From NCBI GenBank assembly GCA_051294375.1, contig CM119271.1, positions 12,121,620-12,185,619 of the forward strand: a stretch of 64,000 nucleotides of DNA, given 5' to 3'. Positions 15,798-29,100 of this stretch are shown piece by piece. The notes under the pieces are model-generated. The model was not told the origin of the DNA, made no database searches, and saw only the letters and a program-made list of their open reading frames with translations. The DNA comes from Paraspadella gotoi. Lineage: Eukaryota > Animalia > Chaetognatha. How positions within the stretch are numbered: position 1 is the stretch's first letter; each line of letters opens with the position of its first letter. A program made the position numbers and the translations under genes.

Positions 15798-17209
15798 AAC
15801 AAAAAACAACAGAGATAAATAAATAATAAAGATACAAATTTTTGCAATGTACAACAAAGATAAAGGAGTTTGAAAAACTAACATTGGAGAAATTTTAACA
15901 TTTAACTAGTGAAATAAGTAATTAGCTAAGGGTAGTTAAGTGAAAATGAAATATGAAAGAAAGTAGTTTTTAGTTTAGTTGATAATTAAGAGATTAAGAA
16001 AGTGAAATTCAAGGGAAAGAAAGAGCTCAAAGTGAGCTGGCCCCTTGTTTTATGCAAATGAAGGACAAGGACGATGATGACGGGTCATTGGCGTGTCAGT
16101 GGCTGAGAGGAGAGTATGACCGAACTGATGAATGCCGGATTGGGAAGCGATCCTTGCGGAAAAGATCCCAGGGCTACTCTTATGTCTCTTTGGCCTGATA
16201 ACGCCTGCCGGCTGCCCTCTTCTCGCCTGCTGACGAGGGTGGGCGGTTGTCCGTTCTTGCCACTTTTGTGACAGGAGTGACGGACTCCTCTCCCTCCTCC
16301 TGAAGCCGTCGCTTTGGGGCGACGCTCAGTCGCAGAGGGAGGGGCTGAGTTGCTGCATTAGAGGGAGAGGCATCGTTTGCCCATTGCCTGCGCAAGGGTC
16401 TCCGCCTGTCTCGTTGAGTGGAGATAGGGGAGTCATTGTGCGGGCGTGGTGGCGGCGGGGCCTCCACCACGCTTTTGATAAGCGAATCATAGCTTGGAGG
16501 GAGATCGAATCGTCCTCCATCACGGTTCAAAGAGGGCTCGAGGGCTTTGATGTAAATTGCCTCTCTAATACCTCTTGAGAACCAGTTCGGGTCATGGGAC
16601 AGCACGAGACAGTCTGATTCCCTGAACAGATGGCCTGTGTCTGCTGAATGTTCAGCAATTGCGGACAAATAGTGACCTCGGGCGTCACGGTAAGGTTTTT
16701 TGTGTTGTTGGATCGATCTGTCAGAGACTTTCCTGTCTCTCCGACCGTATGCTGCTGCACAGGATTGGTTGCCCACCCCTGCACAGGCCGCCCAGTAGAC
16801 GGCTCCTGATGTTTTCGGTCTGGGGATTTATCTTTCGGTTTCACCAATTGCTCACGTAGGGAGCCGCGGGCCGTCACTGAAGTGGAGATCCCCTGCTTTG
16901 CCAGCACCCGCACCAAAAGCTTCAGTTTTCACTTAACTATCCCTTAGCTAATTACTTATTTATTCACTAGTTAAATGTTAAAATTTCTCCAATGTTAGTT
17001 TTTCAAACTCCTTTATCTTTGTTGTCATTGCAAAAATGTATCTTTATTATTTATTTATCTCTGTTGTTTTTTGTTTCTCTCTCTCTCTCTCTCCTCTCTC
17101 TCTCTTAACAAGTTTCACTTTCTTTTCACAACTCACTCAATCTGTCCTCACCTTCAACCTGTCCTCACATCTGACCACTATTCTGTCTCACCACTTTGTG
17201 GAAAAACTT

Positions 17210-17244
<35 letters not shown>

Positions 17245-17261
17245 TCTTCTTTGCACAAAAT

Positions 17262-17332
17262 TTATTATTGAATGTCATATGCTGATGAAGGCTTGAAATA
17301 AGCAAGCCGAAACATGTCCAACTACTAATAAA
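17262..17332 (+). ncRNA. Minimal type I hammerhead ribozyme in the inverted pseudo-LTR
   Basis: CTGATGA (17282-17288), stem II GGCTTG/CAAGCC, GAAA (17309-17312), palindromic stem III ACATGT, and cleavage triplet GTC ending at 17318. Confidence 0.8.
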
Positions 17333-18075
17333 AAATCGTTGTTAAATTCAAAATTCTTTGCTCTCTCTATTATTACGTCAAAAAAAAAGTTTAAACCTTT
17401 AACGAAGTCGTGTATGCCTATGTATTTTATTGTTATATGTTTAAACAGTTTAGAATTTTTTTCTCTCTTTGTCGCTGCATAGAGTCTTTTTTTTTTCTTT
17501 CTTTATATCAGTGAAGAAGCTAATGAATGTCATAAACGGAGAAAAATGCTTGCGAATTAATCTAGCTTGCTAAAAAAAATGTGAAAGCTCGAGAACTTTT
17601 AAAACGTGACTTATGTCCATCGTAGACAAAGGGCGACGTCGAACGATGTCGTCGAAAACAAAGGAACAACCACAGCGAGACGCCCTCTACTTCGAGAAAA
17701 ATAAACAAAAGAACATCTTAATCCATATTTCGCGTTGTTCTTACGATCGCGTGAGAGAATAAACTTTTCTTCAAAAACAGAAACCAACAAACAAAAGAAC
17801 CGCTTTTCATCGCCAGTGATAAATGATAATAATTAACGTTTCCTGATTTAAATTTTTAAATTCGCTCTAATCGTCATGCCTCACCCAACTCTCGCCCGCC
17901 ACGTCGCCATCTGTCGTTTGAAGACTCAAACTACGCGAAGCGAAAGACATTTTGGCGGGAAAGTAGAAACTGAAAATCGGGTCCAACGTTGACTCGAACT
18001 TCGAGACGGCGCGGCGGGAAAAAAATCTCATTGGCTGCGCCGCTTACCCGAAGAAGCACCTGGCAGAAAGGGTTG

Positions 18076-18965
18076 GAATGAGTGTAAGTTCATTTTGTCT
18101 TTTTCCTTCGAAAAGATAACGAAAACGAAACAAAACGACAAGGGCTTGGAATGAGTGGTAAGTTTATTTTGTCTTTTCCTCGAAAAGATTAACGGGAAAA
18201 CGAAACAAAACGACAAGGGCTTGGAATGAGTGGTAAGTTTCATTTCGTCTCTTTCCTCGAAAAGATAACGAAAACGAAACAAAACGCAAGGTGCTTGGAA
18301 TGAGTGGTAAGTTTCATTTCGTCTCTTTCCTCAAAAACAAAACAAAACGACAAGGGCTTGAAATGAGTGGTAAGTTTCATTTCCTCTCTTTCCTTGAAAA
18401 GATAATGAAAACAAAACAAAACGACAAGGGTTTGGAATGAGGAGTAAGTTTATTTTGTCTCTCTCCTCGAAAACAAAACAAAAATAAAACAAAACAACAA
18501 GAGCTTGGAATGAGTGGTAAGTTTCATTTCATCTCTTTCCTTGAAAACAAAACAAATACGAAACAAAACGACAAGGGTTTGGAATGAGGAGTAAGTTCAT
18601 TTTGTCTTTCCTCAAAAACAAAACAAAACGACAAGGGCTTGGAATGAGTGGTAAGTTTCATTTCGTTCTTTCCTCAAAAAAAACGAATACGAAACAAAAC
18701 GACAAGGGTTTGGAAATGAGGAGTAAGTTCATTTTGTCTCTTTCCTTGGAAAACAAAACCAAAACGACAAGGGCTTGGAATGAGTGGTAAGTTTCATTTC
18801 GTCTCTTCCTCGAAAACAAAAACGAATACGAAACAAAACGACAAGGGTTTGGAATGAGGAGTAAGTTCATTTTGTCTCTTTCCTTGAAAACAAAATAAAC
18901 GACAAGGGCATGGAATGAGTGGTAAGTTTCATTTCGTCTCTTTCCTCGAAAACAAAACGAGAGAC
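18076..18965 (+). repeat. Minisatellite, 13 units of 60-75 bp
   Basis: Unit ggaatgag(tg/ga)gtaagtttcatttcgtctctttcctcgaaaac...aaaacgacaagggctt. Long and short variants alternate in the distal half. Confidence 0.95.
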
Positions 18966-19047
18966 AATTTCCTTTTTCCTTTTTATCGAGCCATGACCGG
19001 CGAAGCCGGTTCAGGCTCTATAATGTTTTAGATTTGCTTCTTTGTGA

Positions 19048-19079
<32 letters not shown>

Positions 19080-19725
19080 GCGTCACGCTATTTTTTCGTA
19101 GTGAAGCAAAAGTGAATCTTCATCGATTTTGACTTTTATAAAAATCGCGTCGTTTGGCATTCAAATATATAGGGGTCAGGGGCAAGATAGCTTATTTATT
19201 AAATGAATGGATAATTTTTATATTGGTTGTACCAATTTCATATAATAATAATATAATATAATATAATATAATAATAATAATATAATATTCAAATATATAA
19301 TCCATATCATCTGATTAATTAGTGGTTTAACTATAATCGTACACACTAACTTGCTGTATATTAGTGTATAATAAATAGTGTATAATTTATCTAGTCTAAC
19401 ATCGTTTAAGCTTCGGAGTTATTTGGCTTAAATTTTATAAAAGGAATGATTAAAATTACTTTCGCCTTGTAAGAATAATTATCGCGCCGTATAATTTAGG
19501 ATTTTGACGCGCATAAACCTGAATGAATAATTGAGGTTAATCCTTTTATAAATATCCTTTAATATTCTTTGATAAATATCAAAATATTACGAGTAAAAAT
19601 TCAATAACCTTCCAATTATTAGAACGTGGGATTAAGTGTATTTTATTACAGTATAGAAAGGGAGCCGAGGGTGGGGGAAATTCTCATTGATAAATAGTCA
19701 ATTATGAATTTGCTTGTTATGTCCC

Positions 19726-19783
<58 letters not shown>

Positions 19784-19974
19784 CCTCTCATTTACCCCTA
19801 CCATCCGACAAACCAAAATCAAAGACTTCATCTTGATAATACTTTATTAATTACAAATCACAAACAAAGTGAAAATCATGGATTTCACCCTTTCCCCTTA
19901 CCTGCCCCTCACTCTGACTTCATCACGCCTCCTCATTTAAGGATGACATTGAACGAATTGAAAATCAGGGATCC

Positions 19975-22173
19975 TCATTTAAGGATGACATTGAACATCG
20001 TGCAGAACTGGGCGGACTTGGCCATGACGTGTTCGAACTCCGTGTAGCAGACCGTCTCGTCCCCGTCGAGGTCGCCCTCTTCGATGACTTTCTCGACGAT
20101 GAGATCGATGTCGGCCGCGGGAATCGGGTTGGCGCGACCGATTTGGGCGAGCAGGGTCTGTCATTGGAGGATTGAGATAAAGACTGGCCTTTGATTGGAT
20201 GATAGAGGGGCTGGCCTGTGATTGCAGGAATGAGATATTGGCTGGCCTTTGATTGGATGATTGAGGGGCTGGCCTGTTATTGGAGGATTGAGATAAAGGC
20301 TGGCCTTTGATTGGATGATTGAGGGGCTGGCCTATGATTGGAGGATTGAGATATTGGCTAGCCTTTGATTTGATGATTGAGGGACTGGCCTGTGATTGGA
20401 TGAGCCAGGTAAAGGTCTGAATTTAAATGGAAATTGTCTGTAATTAGATGTTATTGTTATACTTCGGTGATGTCCTCTCGGCCAAGACTGTCAGTTTCGG
20501 AGTAATCATATATACGAAAAGCGTATTCAGCCTAAAAAATAAATATAATACATTAATATATTCGGAACTAAATCGATAAAACATTCATATTTTTTTTGGT
20601 AACAGTACACGATGAGGAGGAGGGGTTCAGCCGAAGACATCGTCATCCTCCCCTTTCCTCATCCTCTTCTCCTTCGAGCTCGCGGGATTTCGGGGTCCAG
20701 GTTTTTAGTTTCAAAAATATTCACTCCACCTTTTTCCCTCTCTTTAGTCAGACGTACTACTTGTTATTATTTTTTCGACCTTTTTCCTCCTTTTCAATAA
20801 ACGCCTTTTTCCTCTCATTCGAATCTTATTTTGCCAGAGACATGNNNNNNNNNNNNNNNNNNNNNNNNNNNNNNNNNNNNNNNNNNNNNNNNNNNNNNNN
20901 NNNNNNNNNNNNNNNNNNNNNNNNNNNNNNNNNNNNNNNNNNNNNNNNNNNNNNNNNNNNNNNNNNNNNNNNNNNNNNNNNNNNNNNNNNNNNNNNNNNN
21001 NNNNNNNNNNNNNNNNNNNNNNNNNNNNNNNNNNNNNNNNNNNNNNNNNNNNNNNNNNNNNNNNNNNNNNNNNNNNNNNNNNNNNNNNNNNNNNNNNNNN
21101 NNNNNNNNNNNNNAAAAAAAACCTTCCTACAACTTAATTATGAGTGAAACTGAAACCGCATTTGCCGAGTAATTCTACATTGTTGACAGACCGACCGTAA
21201 AAGGGAGTCAAAAAGATCCGCTTAGCGATTACTCGCTAAAAGAAAGAAAGTAGAAAACGAGNNNNNNNNNNNNNNNNNNNNNNNNNCCGAGCCGACGAAC
21301 CCACCTACCACCGACCGACCGACCGACCGACCAGACCGACCCGACCGACCGACCGACCGACCGACGACCGACCGACCGACTCGACCGCCAGACGACCGGA
21401 CCGACCGACCGACCGACCGACCGACCGGAACTCCGACCGACGACGACGACCCGACCGACCGACCGACCGACGGCCAAACGACCGACCGACCGACCGATCC
21501 GACCGACCGACCGACCAGCCGACCGACTCCCCCCGACCGCCGACGACGACCGGACCGACCGACCGACCGGACCGACCCCTTTAGAAAGAAGGGAGCGTCG
21601 TCGCAAAAGACGTTGATCATTTCTAAGAATTCGTCGAAGGCCATCGAATCGTCCGTCGCGACGGAGAAGACGGAGAGAATGCGATCGCGAAAAGGATTGT
21701 TGCGTACTTCCTGAAATCGCACGGACGTACGGACTCTTACGCTGTATTCCTTTATCTCTTTTCCTTGAACCTTTATCCGTCCGTCCGTCCATCGACAAGT
21801 CACCGGGAACATCAACTGTCGTGGGTCGTCTGTATGTCCGGTAGTCCATCTTGCGGTCAGTCTTCGAATCCGTCTGTCTACTCAATTTGACTTTTAGTAG
21901 GATCCGTCTGTCTGTAGATCTGCCTACTGTCCGGTCTATTTATCAATCCATCCGTACATCCGTACATCCATCCACCTCCAAAGTTTCCAATTGGGTTCTC
22001 GGAATTCTTGCAATGTCTTTGTTATTGATAATCGCGCGTCGAGTGACAAAGTCTGGACTTAAATCGCAGAATCGTAGAAACGCGTGTTCGATTTCCTTCT
22101 CCGAAAAATAGGTGAGGTCGCGATAAAAGGCCATCTCTTCACGTGTGAAGTGACCAGATTGTTTGGCGCCCAT
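19975..22173 (-). CDS. CIB: Calcium- and integrin-binding (CIB) family EF-hand protein
   Basis: Exons 22173-21976 (MGAKQS..YRDLTYFSEKEI..RF), 21710-~21579 (EVRNNPFRDRILSVFS..FDEFLEMINVF), 20531-20463 (AEYAFRIYD..) and 20157-19975 (..EEGDLDGDETVCYTEFEHVMAKS..FNVILK*). Collinear with CIB1-type proteins and has an N-myristoylation motif. The exon 2 donor is 2 nt out of phase in a G-run next to low-quality sequence. Confidence 0.88.
20163..20402. repeat. Intronic minisatellite, about 4 x 58 bp
   Basis: attggaggattgagata..ggctggcctttgattggatgattgaggggctggcctgtg repeated in the last CIB intron. Confidence 0.85.
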
Positions 22174-22546
22174 CCCGTCCTGAGGGAAAAAGGGGAGAGA
22201 CGGACTGAAAGACGGACTAAAAGTCGGACATACCAAAAATAAGGACATTTTTTTTTAACGATGGAGATCGGGGATTTTTCTGGCGAATGGAATGAGAGCT
22301 CGTCGCGAAGATATTTGGGCTCTCTTTTCCGAGAAAGCCCCATTTCTGTTCGTTTATCTCAGAATTTTAATTTTACTATTTAACATGAATATATTTTTAA
22401 ACTGATAAATTCGAATTCTTAATCATAGTCCTTAACTTTAACCTACTCCTGAACCTTAACCCTTACCTTTAACTCTCTCTCTCTCTCTCTCTNNNNNNNN
22501 NNNNNNNNNNNNNNNNNCTCTCTCTCTCTCTCTCTCTCCTCTCCTT

Positions 22547-22892
22547 ATTTGCGCCGAAATTGATATTACTCACTGACCTTAATCCAGCGATAGTTTCGAA
22601 TTTCAGAGACAAAGGCGTAGAAATGAACGTAAATTGTTTGTATTTGAAGGTTTGTCCGAGAAAAAGTATGTATATTTTATTAGTTATCAAAAAATTGAAT
22701 AATGCGTTTTTTTTAAATTGGATATTGTCAATAACTAAAACATTGATTTAATAGATAATCGAGAATTCCGTTAATTTAAGCGGAAAATGTGAGGAGTGAT
22801 CGGAGAGAAGATATATAAAGAGAAAGAGATAGTATATGTATAGAGAGAGAGAGAGCAGAGAGAGAAGGATATATGAGAGAAGAGAAGATGAG

Positions 22893-22952
<60 letters not shown>

Positions 22953-23413
22953 GAAGGAGATGAGAGCGAGGTAATCTCGAAGAAATTGAGAATGTTATGA
23001 TGCACAGCGGATGATTTTAGGTGTGGAAATGTTTGAGAAACAAAGATGGCAAAGAGAGATTAAAAGAAAGAAGGAAAGAAAAAGAGAAAGAAAGAAAAGA
23101 AAGTACGATCAAAGCAGAAACCGTTGCGATGCATTGACCCCACCTCTTGTGAGCGTGCGTGGAACAGAAAGAGAGAGTGAGAAGAGAAGAGAATGGAGAG
23201 GAGAGGAGAGAGAGGAGTGAGAGAGAGAATGAGAGGAAGACAGGAGAGTTGAGAGAAGAGAGAGAACAGAAGGGAGAGTTAGAGATAGAGAGAGGAGAGG
23301 AGAGAGAGAGAGAGAGAGGAAGAGAGAGAGAACAAATTCAAGGAAAAGAAGGGCAGTAAAGAGTCAGGAAAATTCTATTTTAATCCGATGACCTACCACC
23401 TGGATCTGAAAAG

Positions 23414-23459
<46 letters not shown>

Positions 23460-24945
23460 CTTGCTCTCTCTCTCTCTCTCTCTCTCTTCTACCTCGCTTA
23501 GCCGATAATCAAATTTACAAAGTATTATTTATATTTATTAATTCAGTATCAAAAAGTAATTTTATTTTAAAAAGACAACGGCCAAGATAAAAACTATTTT
23601 CAAAGTCAGCCCTATTTCTTTTTTTTTCAAAGTCATCCCTATTTCTTTCTTATTGCCTTTTTACTTCCTTTTTTCGATCCTTGATTAATTTTTAGTCGTA
23701 GTTTCTTTTGCCTTCTCTCAAGCCTGAGAGACATGGACGAAATAATAAATATAATAAACACTACATAATTATATATATACATATTTTAATATAAAATGAT
23801 AAAATAAACCTTGATCTGTACCACGATGCGCGAATGTTAATAATAATTAATTAACCAAAAAGCGCGTATGTTGTTTCTATTTAGGGTTGAGGACAATCGA
23901 TATTAACATGGACATTGGACTTGGACAAGTAGACAGTGGACAATAACATGGTTGCGAGGAAATACACATTGTACGACCATATTATAAAAAGTCAATTATG
24001 ACAACATACCATCAGTGAAGACATTAAATTTATAAAAAAAATTTAAATTTTATGTTTTTTAATTTTCGCAAGTAAGCTATAATTTATAATAATAGTACTA
24101 ATCCTTATAAAAAATCGAAAAATTCAAAAATAAGCTTTTCTTAAATTTTGTATTGCAGATTTGAATTCCTGCTGGTCAAAAGTTGATAAAAAAGAAAATA
24201 TAAATCATTTAAAAATTTTTTCATTAAAAGTGGGTTAAAAATTGAAAAAACTTAAATATTTAATATATAAAAAATATTTTCAGCTAAAATATAGCATTTT
24301 TCTAATTTTCTGACCACTTTGAAAGGAAATTTTTCAAAAAAAGAGTTATATTTCTTTTTTATCAACTTTATACGAATCCAAATCTGCAAAAAAATTTTAG
24401 AAAAAAAACGTTTTGATTTAACATTTATTGATTAGTACTAGTAATAAAATATGGCCCTACTACGTAAATTGTAAATTTATTATAAATTTTTTATTATCAT
24501 AATGTTCATTAATATAAGTGTTCGTTCTCACTTTTAGAATTTTAATTAAAGTTAAATTTAAGAAATTTTTACTACGCCTTAATGGACAATAGACCATGGA
24601 TTTCGAGGGAATGTACCTTGGACATGGAATAAAAAAGGACAGCATTTGCGTAGTCAATTCTCTTTTTTTTTGTTCGTGCGCTGAATAAAGAATATTCCCA
24701 CTTTCGTGGAGTGAGAATATTCCTTATAACTATCTTCACGACCAACCGCCAGCTCATCAAACATCGCATTCTTCTTATCCCCAAAACACTAAGGGCCTAG
24801 TTAAAATTTCTAGAATTTAACTTTAAATTAAATTCTTTATAAAAGTGAGGAAACGAACAACATTATACTAATGACATTTATGTATAAAAAAATTAAATAA
24901 ATAAAATTTTACAATTTACGCATAGGCCATATTTAACTAGTACTA
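22547..24945. repeat. Direct duplicate of 24966-26758 (probably a second haplotype or noisy contig)
   Basis: Collinear with 24966-26758 but with many small indels, and starts next to the N-gap at 22493-22517. Contains a second copy of globin A's last exon (~23638-23723) and one extra MITE. Confidence 0.85.
23970..24581 (-). mobile_element. hAT MITE copy in reverse orientation, one end garbled
   Basis: Reverse-oriented homolog of 26610-27221, ending actacgcctta at 24581. Confidence 0.7.
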
Positions 24946-25265
24946 TCTCTCTCTCTCTCTCTCTCATTTGCGCCGAAATTGATATTACTCACTGACCTTA
25001 ATCCAGCGTAGTTTCGAATTTCAGAGACAAAGCGTAGAAATGAACGTAATTGTGTTTGTATTTTGATTTGAACGTTTGTCCGAGAAAAAGTATGTATATT
25101 TTATTAGTTATCAAAAAATTGAATAATGCGTTTTTTTTTAAATTTGGATATTGTCAATAACTAAAACATTGATTTAATAGATAATCGAGAATTCGTTAAT
25201 TTAAGCGGAAAATGTGAGGAGTGATCGGAGAGAGATATATAAAGAGAGAAAGAGATAGATATATG

Positions 25266-25305
<40 letters not shown>

Positions 25306-25375
25306 TTATATATATATAAAGAGAGAAAGAGATAGGTATATGTATTGAGAGAGAGATAGATAGAGGGAGGGAGGG

Positions 25376-25456
<81 letters not shown>

Positions 25457-25683
25457 AATGGGAATAGAGAGAGTAATCTCGAAGAAATTGAGAATGTTAT
25501 GATGCACAGCGGATGATTTTAGGTGTGGAACATGTTGAGAAACAGAGATGCAAAGAGAGATTAAAAGAAAGAAGGAAAAGAAAGAAAGAAAGAAAGAAGA
25601 AAAGTACGATCAAAGCAGAAACCGTTGCGATGCATTGACCCACTCTTGGACGTGCGTGGAAACAGAAAGAGAGAGTGAGAAGA

Positions 25684-25715
<32 letters not shown>

Positions 25716-25763
25716 TGAGAGAGACGAGAGAGGAGAGAGAGAGAGAGACAGACAGGGAGAGTT

Positions 25764-25811
<48 letters not shown>

Positions 25812-25892
25812 CAAACAAATTCAAGGAAAGAAGGCAGTAAAGAGTCAGGAAAATTCTATTTATATCCGATGACCTACCACCTGGATCTGAAA

Positions 25893-25965
<73 letters not shown>

Positions 25966-26112
25966 ACCTTCGCTTCAGCCGATAATCAAATATTACAAAG
26001 TATTATTTATATTTATTCAGTATCAAAAAGTAATTTTTATTTTTTAAAAGACAACGGCCAAGATAAAAACTATTTCAAAGTCAGCCCTATTTCTTTTTTT
26101 TCAAAGTCATCC

Positions 26113-29100
26113 CTATTTCTTCTTATTGCCTTTTTTACTTCCTTTTTTCGATCCTTGATTAATTTTTAGTCGTAGTTCTTTGCCTTCTCTCAAGCCTGAG
26201 AGACATGGACGAATAATAAATATATAAACACTACATGAATTATATATATACATATTTAATATAAAATGATAAATAAACCTTGATCTGTACCACGATGCCG
26301 AATGTTAATAATAATTAATTAACCAAAAGCGCGTATGTTGTTTCTATTTAGGGTTGAGCGACAATCGATATTACACATGGACATTGGACTTGGACAATAG
26401 ACATGGACAATAGACATGGATTTGCGAGGGAATGACCTTGGACATGGAAATAAAAAGGACATGCATTTGCGAGTCAATTTCTCTTTTTTTTTCGTTCGTG
26501 CGCGAATAAGATATTCCACTTCGTGAGTGAGAATATTCCTTATAACTATCTTCACGACCACATAAGCCGCCAGCTCATCAACATCGACATTCTTCTTATC
26601 CCCAAACACTAAGGCGTAGTAAAATTTGTAAATTTAACTTTAATTAAAATTCTAAAAGTGAGGAACGAACAACATTATACTAATGAGCATTTATGTATAA
26701 AAAAAATTTATAATAAATTTTACAATTTACGCAGTAGGCCATATTTATACTAGTACTAATCCAATAAATGTAAAAATTTCAAAACAGTTTTTTCTAAGAT
26801 TTTTTTGCAGATTTGGATTCGTCATAAAAAGTTGATAAAAAGAAATATAACTCTTTTTAAAAAATTCCTTCATTAAGTGGGTCAAAAATTAGAAAAAGCT
26901 ATATTTTAAGCTGAAAATTAACTTTTTATATATTAAATATAGTTTTTGTAATTTTTAACCCACTTAATGAAAGAATTTTTAAAAATAATTTATATTTTCT
27001 TTTATCAACTTGAGACGAGGAATTCAAATTTGCAATCAAAATTAAGAAAAGCCTATTTTGAAATTTTTCGATTTTATAAGGATAGTACTATATATAAATA
27101 TAGCCTACTGTGAAAATTAAAAAACATAAAATTAATTTTTTTTACAAATTAATGTTCACTGATGGTATGTTGTTCATAATTGACCTTTAGAATTTTCGTA
27201 CGTAACTTTCACTACGCCTTACCAAACACTCCATCAACAACATCAACTCCATCACCTTCGTCAAACGATTCTCCAGCAGCCATCATCGCTTTACGACACT
27301 GAGTTTCTCCTTGTAACTGCAAAATGGCAAGAAATGTCTAATGGGTTAAAAGTGGCGCTTGGTGGGCTGAAGACGACTATGCGTATCTTCTGTTTCCCCT
27401 CAGCAGCAATGGAACGGGTCCTCGCCTTGGAACCAGGCTTGGGGGTTTTCCAGGCCATCATTGAGGCTCTCAAGGCAGTTTACGGCCGTCCTCACGCTTC
27501 CCGCAGGGTAGGCACCATTGAAAATCGATCCCGGTACCTCCTGGTCATGAGCTGATGGTGTTACTCAATGAGTCACTGTGTCACGACCGAAGGTGAATGA
27601 ATTCTCAATGCAACGCCCGAAAGTTTTAATGGGTCAAACGTAATTAAAGAAAGTTCAAAACGGTTAAAAGTGGCAAGAAAGGTCACATTGCCAATGCAAC
27701 CTTGGTAAAAAATGTCGAATTAAGGGGACCCAGTGATAAAAATGAAATCTGAAATCGGTAGGACCGATATATTTTCGATCTTCCTCACCTTCTCCCAAAT
27801 CAGAGACCTTACCCTTCTCCACCCTTTCCCCTCTCCCTCACCTGCTTGGAATAAATGCTTCCAGCTTTGATTCGCATTGATTTAAGAATGGCTGCCGAGA
27901 AAGACTGGACCAACGCTGCCCCCGCGCTATCGTCCGACACGGAAGTCATGAAGGCATCGCCTCCAACCATCCATCCCAAACTAAAGAATCTAAGACCTTG
28001 AAAGGAAAAACAAGATCGGTTCATCCAATGTGTTGAGCCGCAGTGACTTTATTTTTACGTTTGTTTCCCTTTGATCACATGATATGACATGACATAACTA
28101 AAAAACTTTTTTTGCCCGTGTATTTATGACATGCACTGCATTGGAATTCAGTCTTTTATTCCTTATAGTTTTAGGATTTCCTGAAGGCGGCGCGAGCAGT
28201 CCCTTAGATTTGATCAATTGATTTGACCGACTGAACGACCAACAGACCGATTAAAAATTAGGGGACCCAATTTTGCGAATTTCAATGAGGCAGGCGTTTC
28301 TGGATGAGATTAAATGAAATTGGTGTGACCAATATAATATTTATCCATTTATTTAGGAAATAAGCTATCTTGCCTTTGACTTTGGTAGTTTAAGGCCTCC
28401 ATCACTCTTACAAGATTCCGACATTGCCAGAACTTGCAGAAAAAAATTGGTAGACCCGATCGCAAATTACAAATGAGAAGGACATCATCAACCTGGAGCC
28501 TAGGGACGGAGCACGCGGCCACGCGGTATAAGAAGTGAGAGGGAGAGAGGGAGAGGGAAAGAGAGAGGGAGACAGGAGAATCCCAGCCCAAACGATGAGC
28601 AGTGCCTGCAATGTTGAGGGCGGGAGAACGGCAGAGTATAGGAAATGGGTATGACCAATATAAAAAAATATGCGTTCATTTATTAAATAGGCTATTTTGC
28701 TCCCCTGACTTTGGATAAGTTGAGGGTTATATAGGTCATAGGTTAAGGCTTACATCCTTCTTACAAGATAATTTATAAAAGGATAATTGATAATTTTTTT
28801 TCGGTTTGAAACAATTTCAACTTAAAATCATATAAAAATAATAAAATTATTTGTTTCAGCAAACCCTTAATGGAAATACTAGAAAATTAGTTATAATTTA
28901 TTCAAAGTATTGAATTTATCATTAATTAAAGCCTGTAATTTCTTATGGTTGGTCCACACCTTCGTTGCGACAGAGTTCGGCGAAGGCGTCTCCATCGTCC
29001 AGCAGATCGAGGCCCAACTGGAGGAGCGCCTCCATGTATACGATTCTGGATTTGACGAAGGATTTATTCATCTCAACGTATTGAGCCTCTTCGCTGGAGT

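Larger units (their letters stand above)
15460..17367 (-). mobile_element. 5'-truncated Penelope-like retroelement (GIY-YIG endonuclease fragment) with inverted pseudo-LTRs
   Basis: Minus strand 16920-16180 reads, across 1-nt frameshifts, LREQLVKPKD..SGAVYWAAC..SC..Y/VGETGKSL..R/IQQHK..SAIAEH..GH..RGIREAIYI..LNRDGG. 15500-15950 is an inverted copy of 16921-17367. A 13-bp TSD TATTATTACGTCA lies at 15447-15459 and 17368-17380. Confidence 0.9.

Noticed and set aside
16124-16170. CTGATGA...GAAA as a third hammerhead
   Set aside because: No convincing stem II adjoining the core and no stem III or cleavage triplet.
18076-18965. CRISPR-like array
   Set aside because: The inter-repeat segments are homologous to each other rather than unique spacers, there are no cas genes, and the context is eukaryotic.
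26319-26609. Chromodomain-like peptide YVVVKIV..EVEYLIR
   Set aside because: Lacks the following KW(K)G motif, lies in a globin A intron interrupted by a MITE, and the frame is not kept in the duplicate copy.
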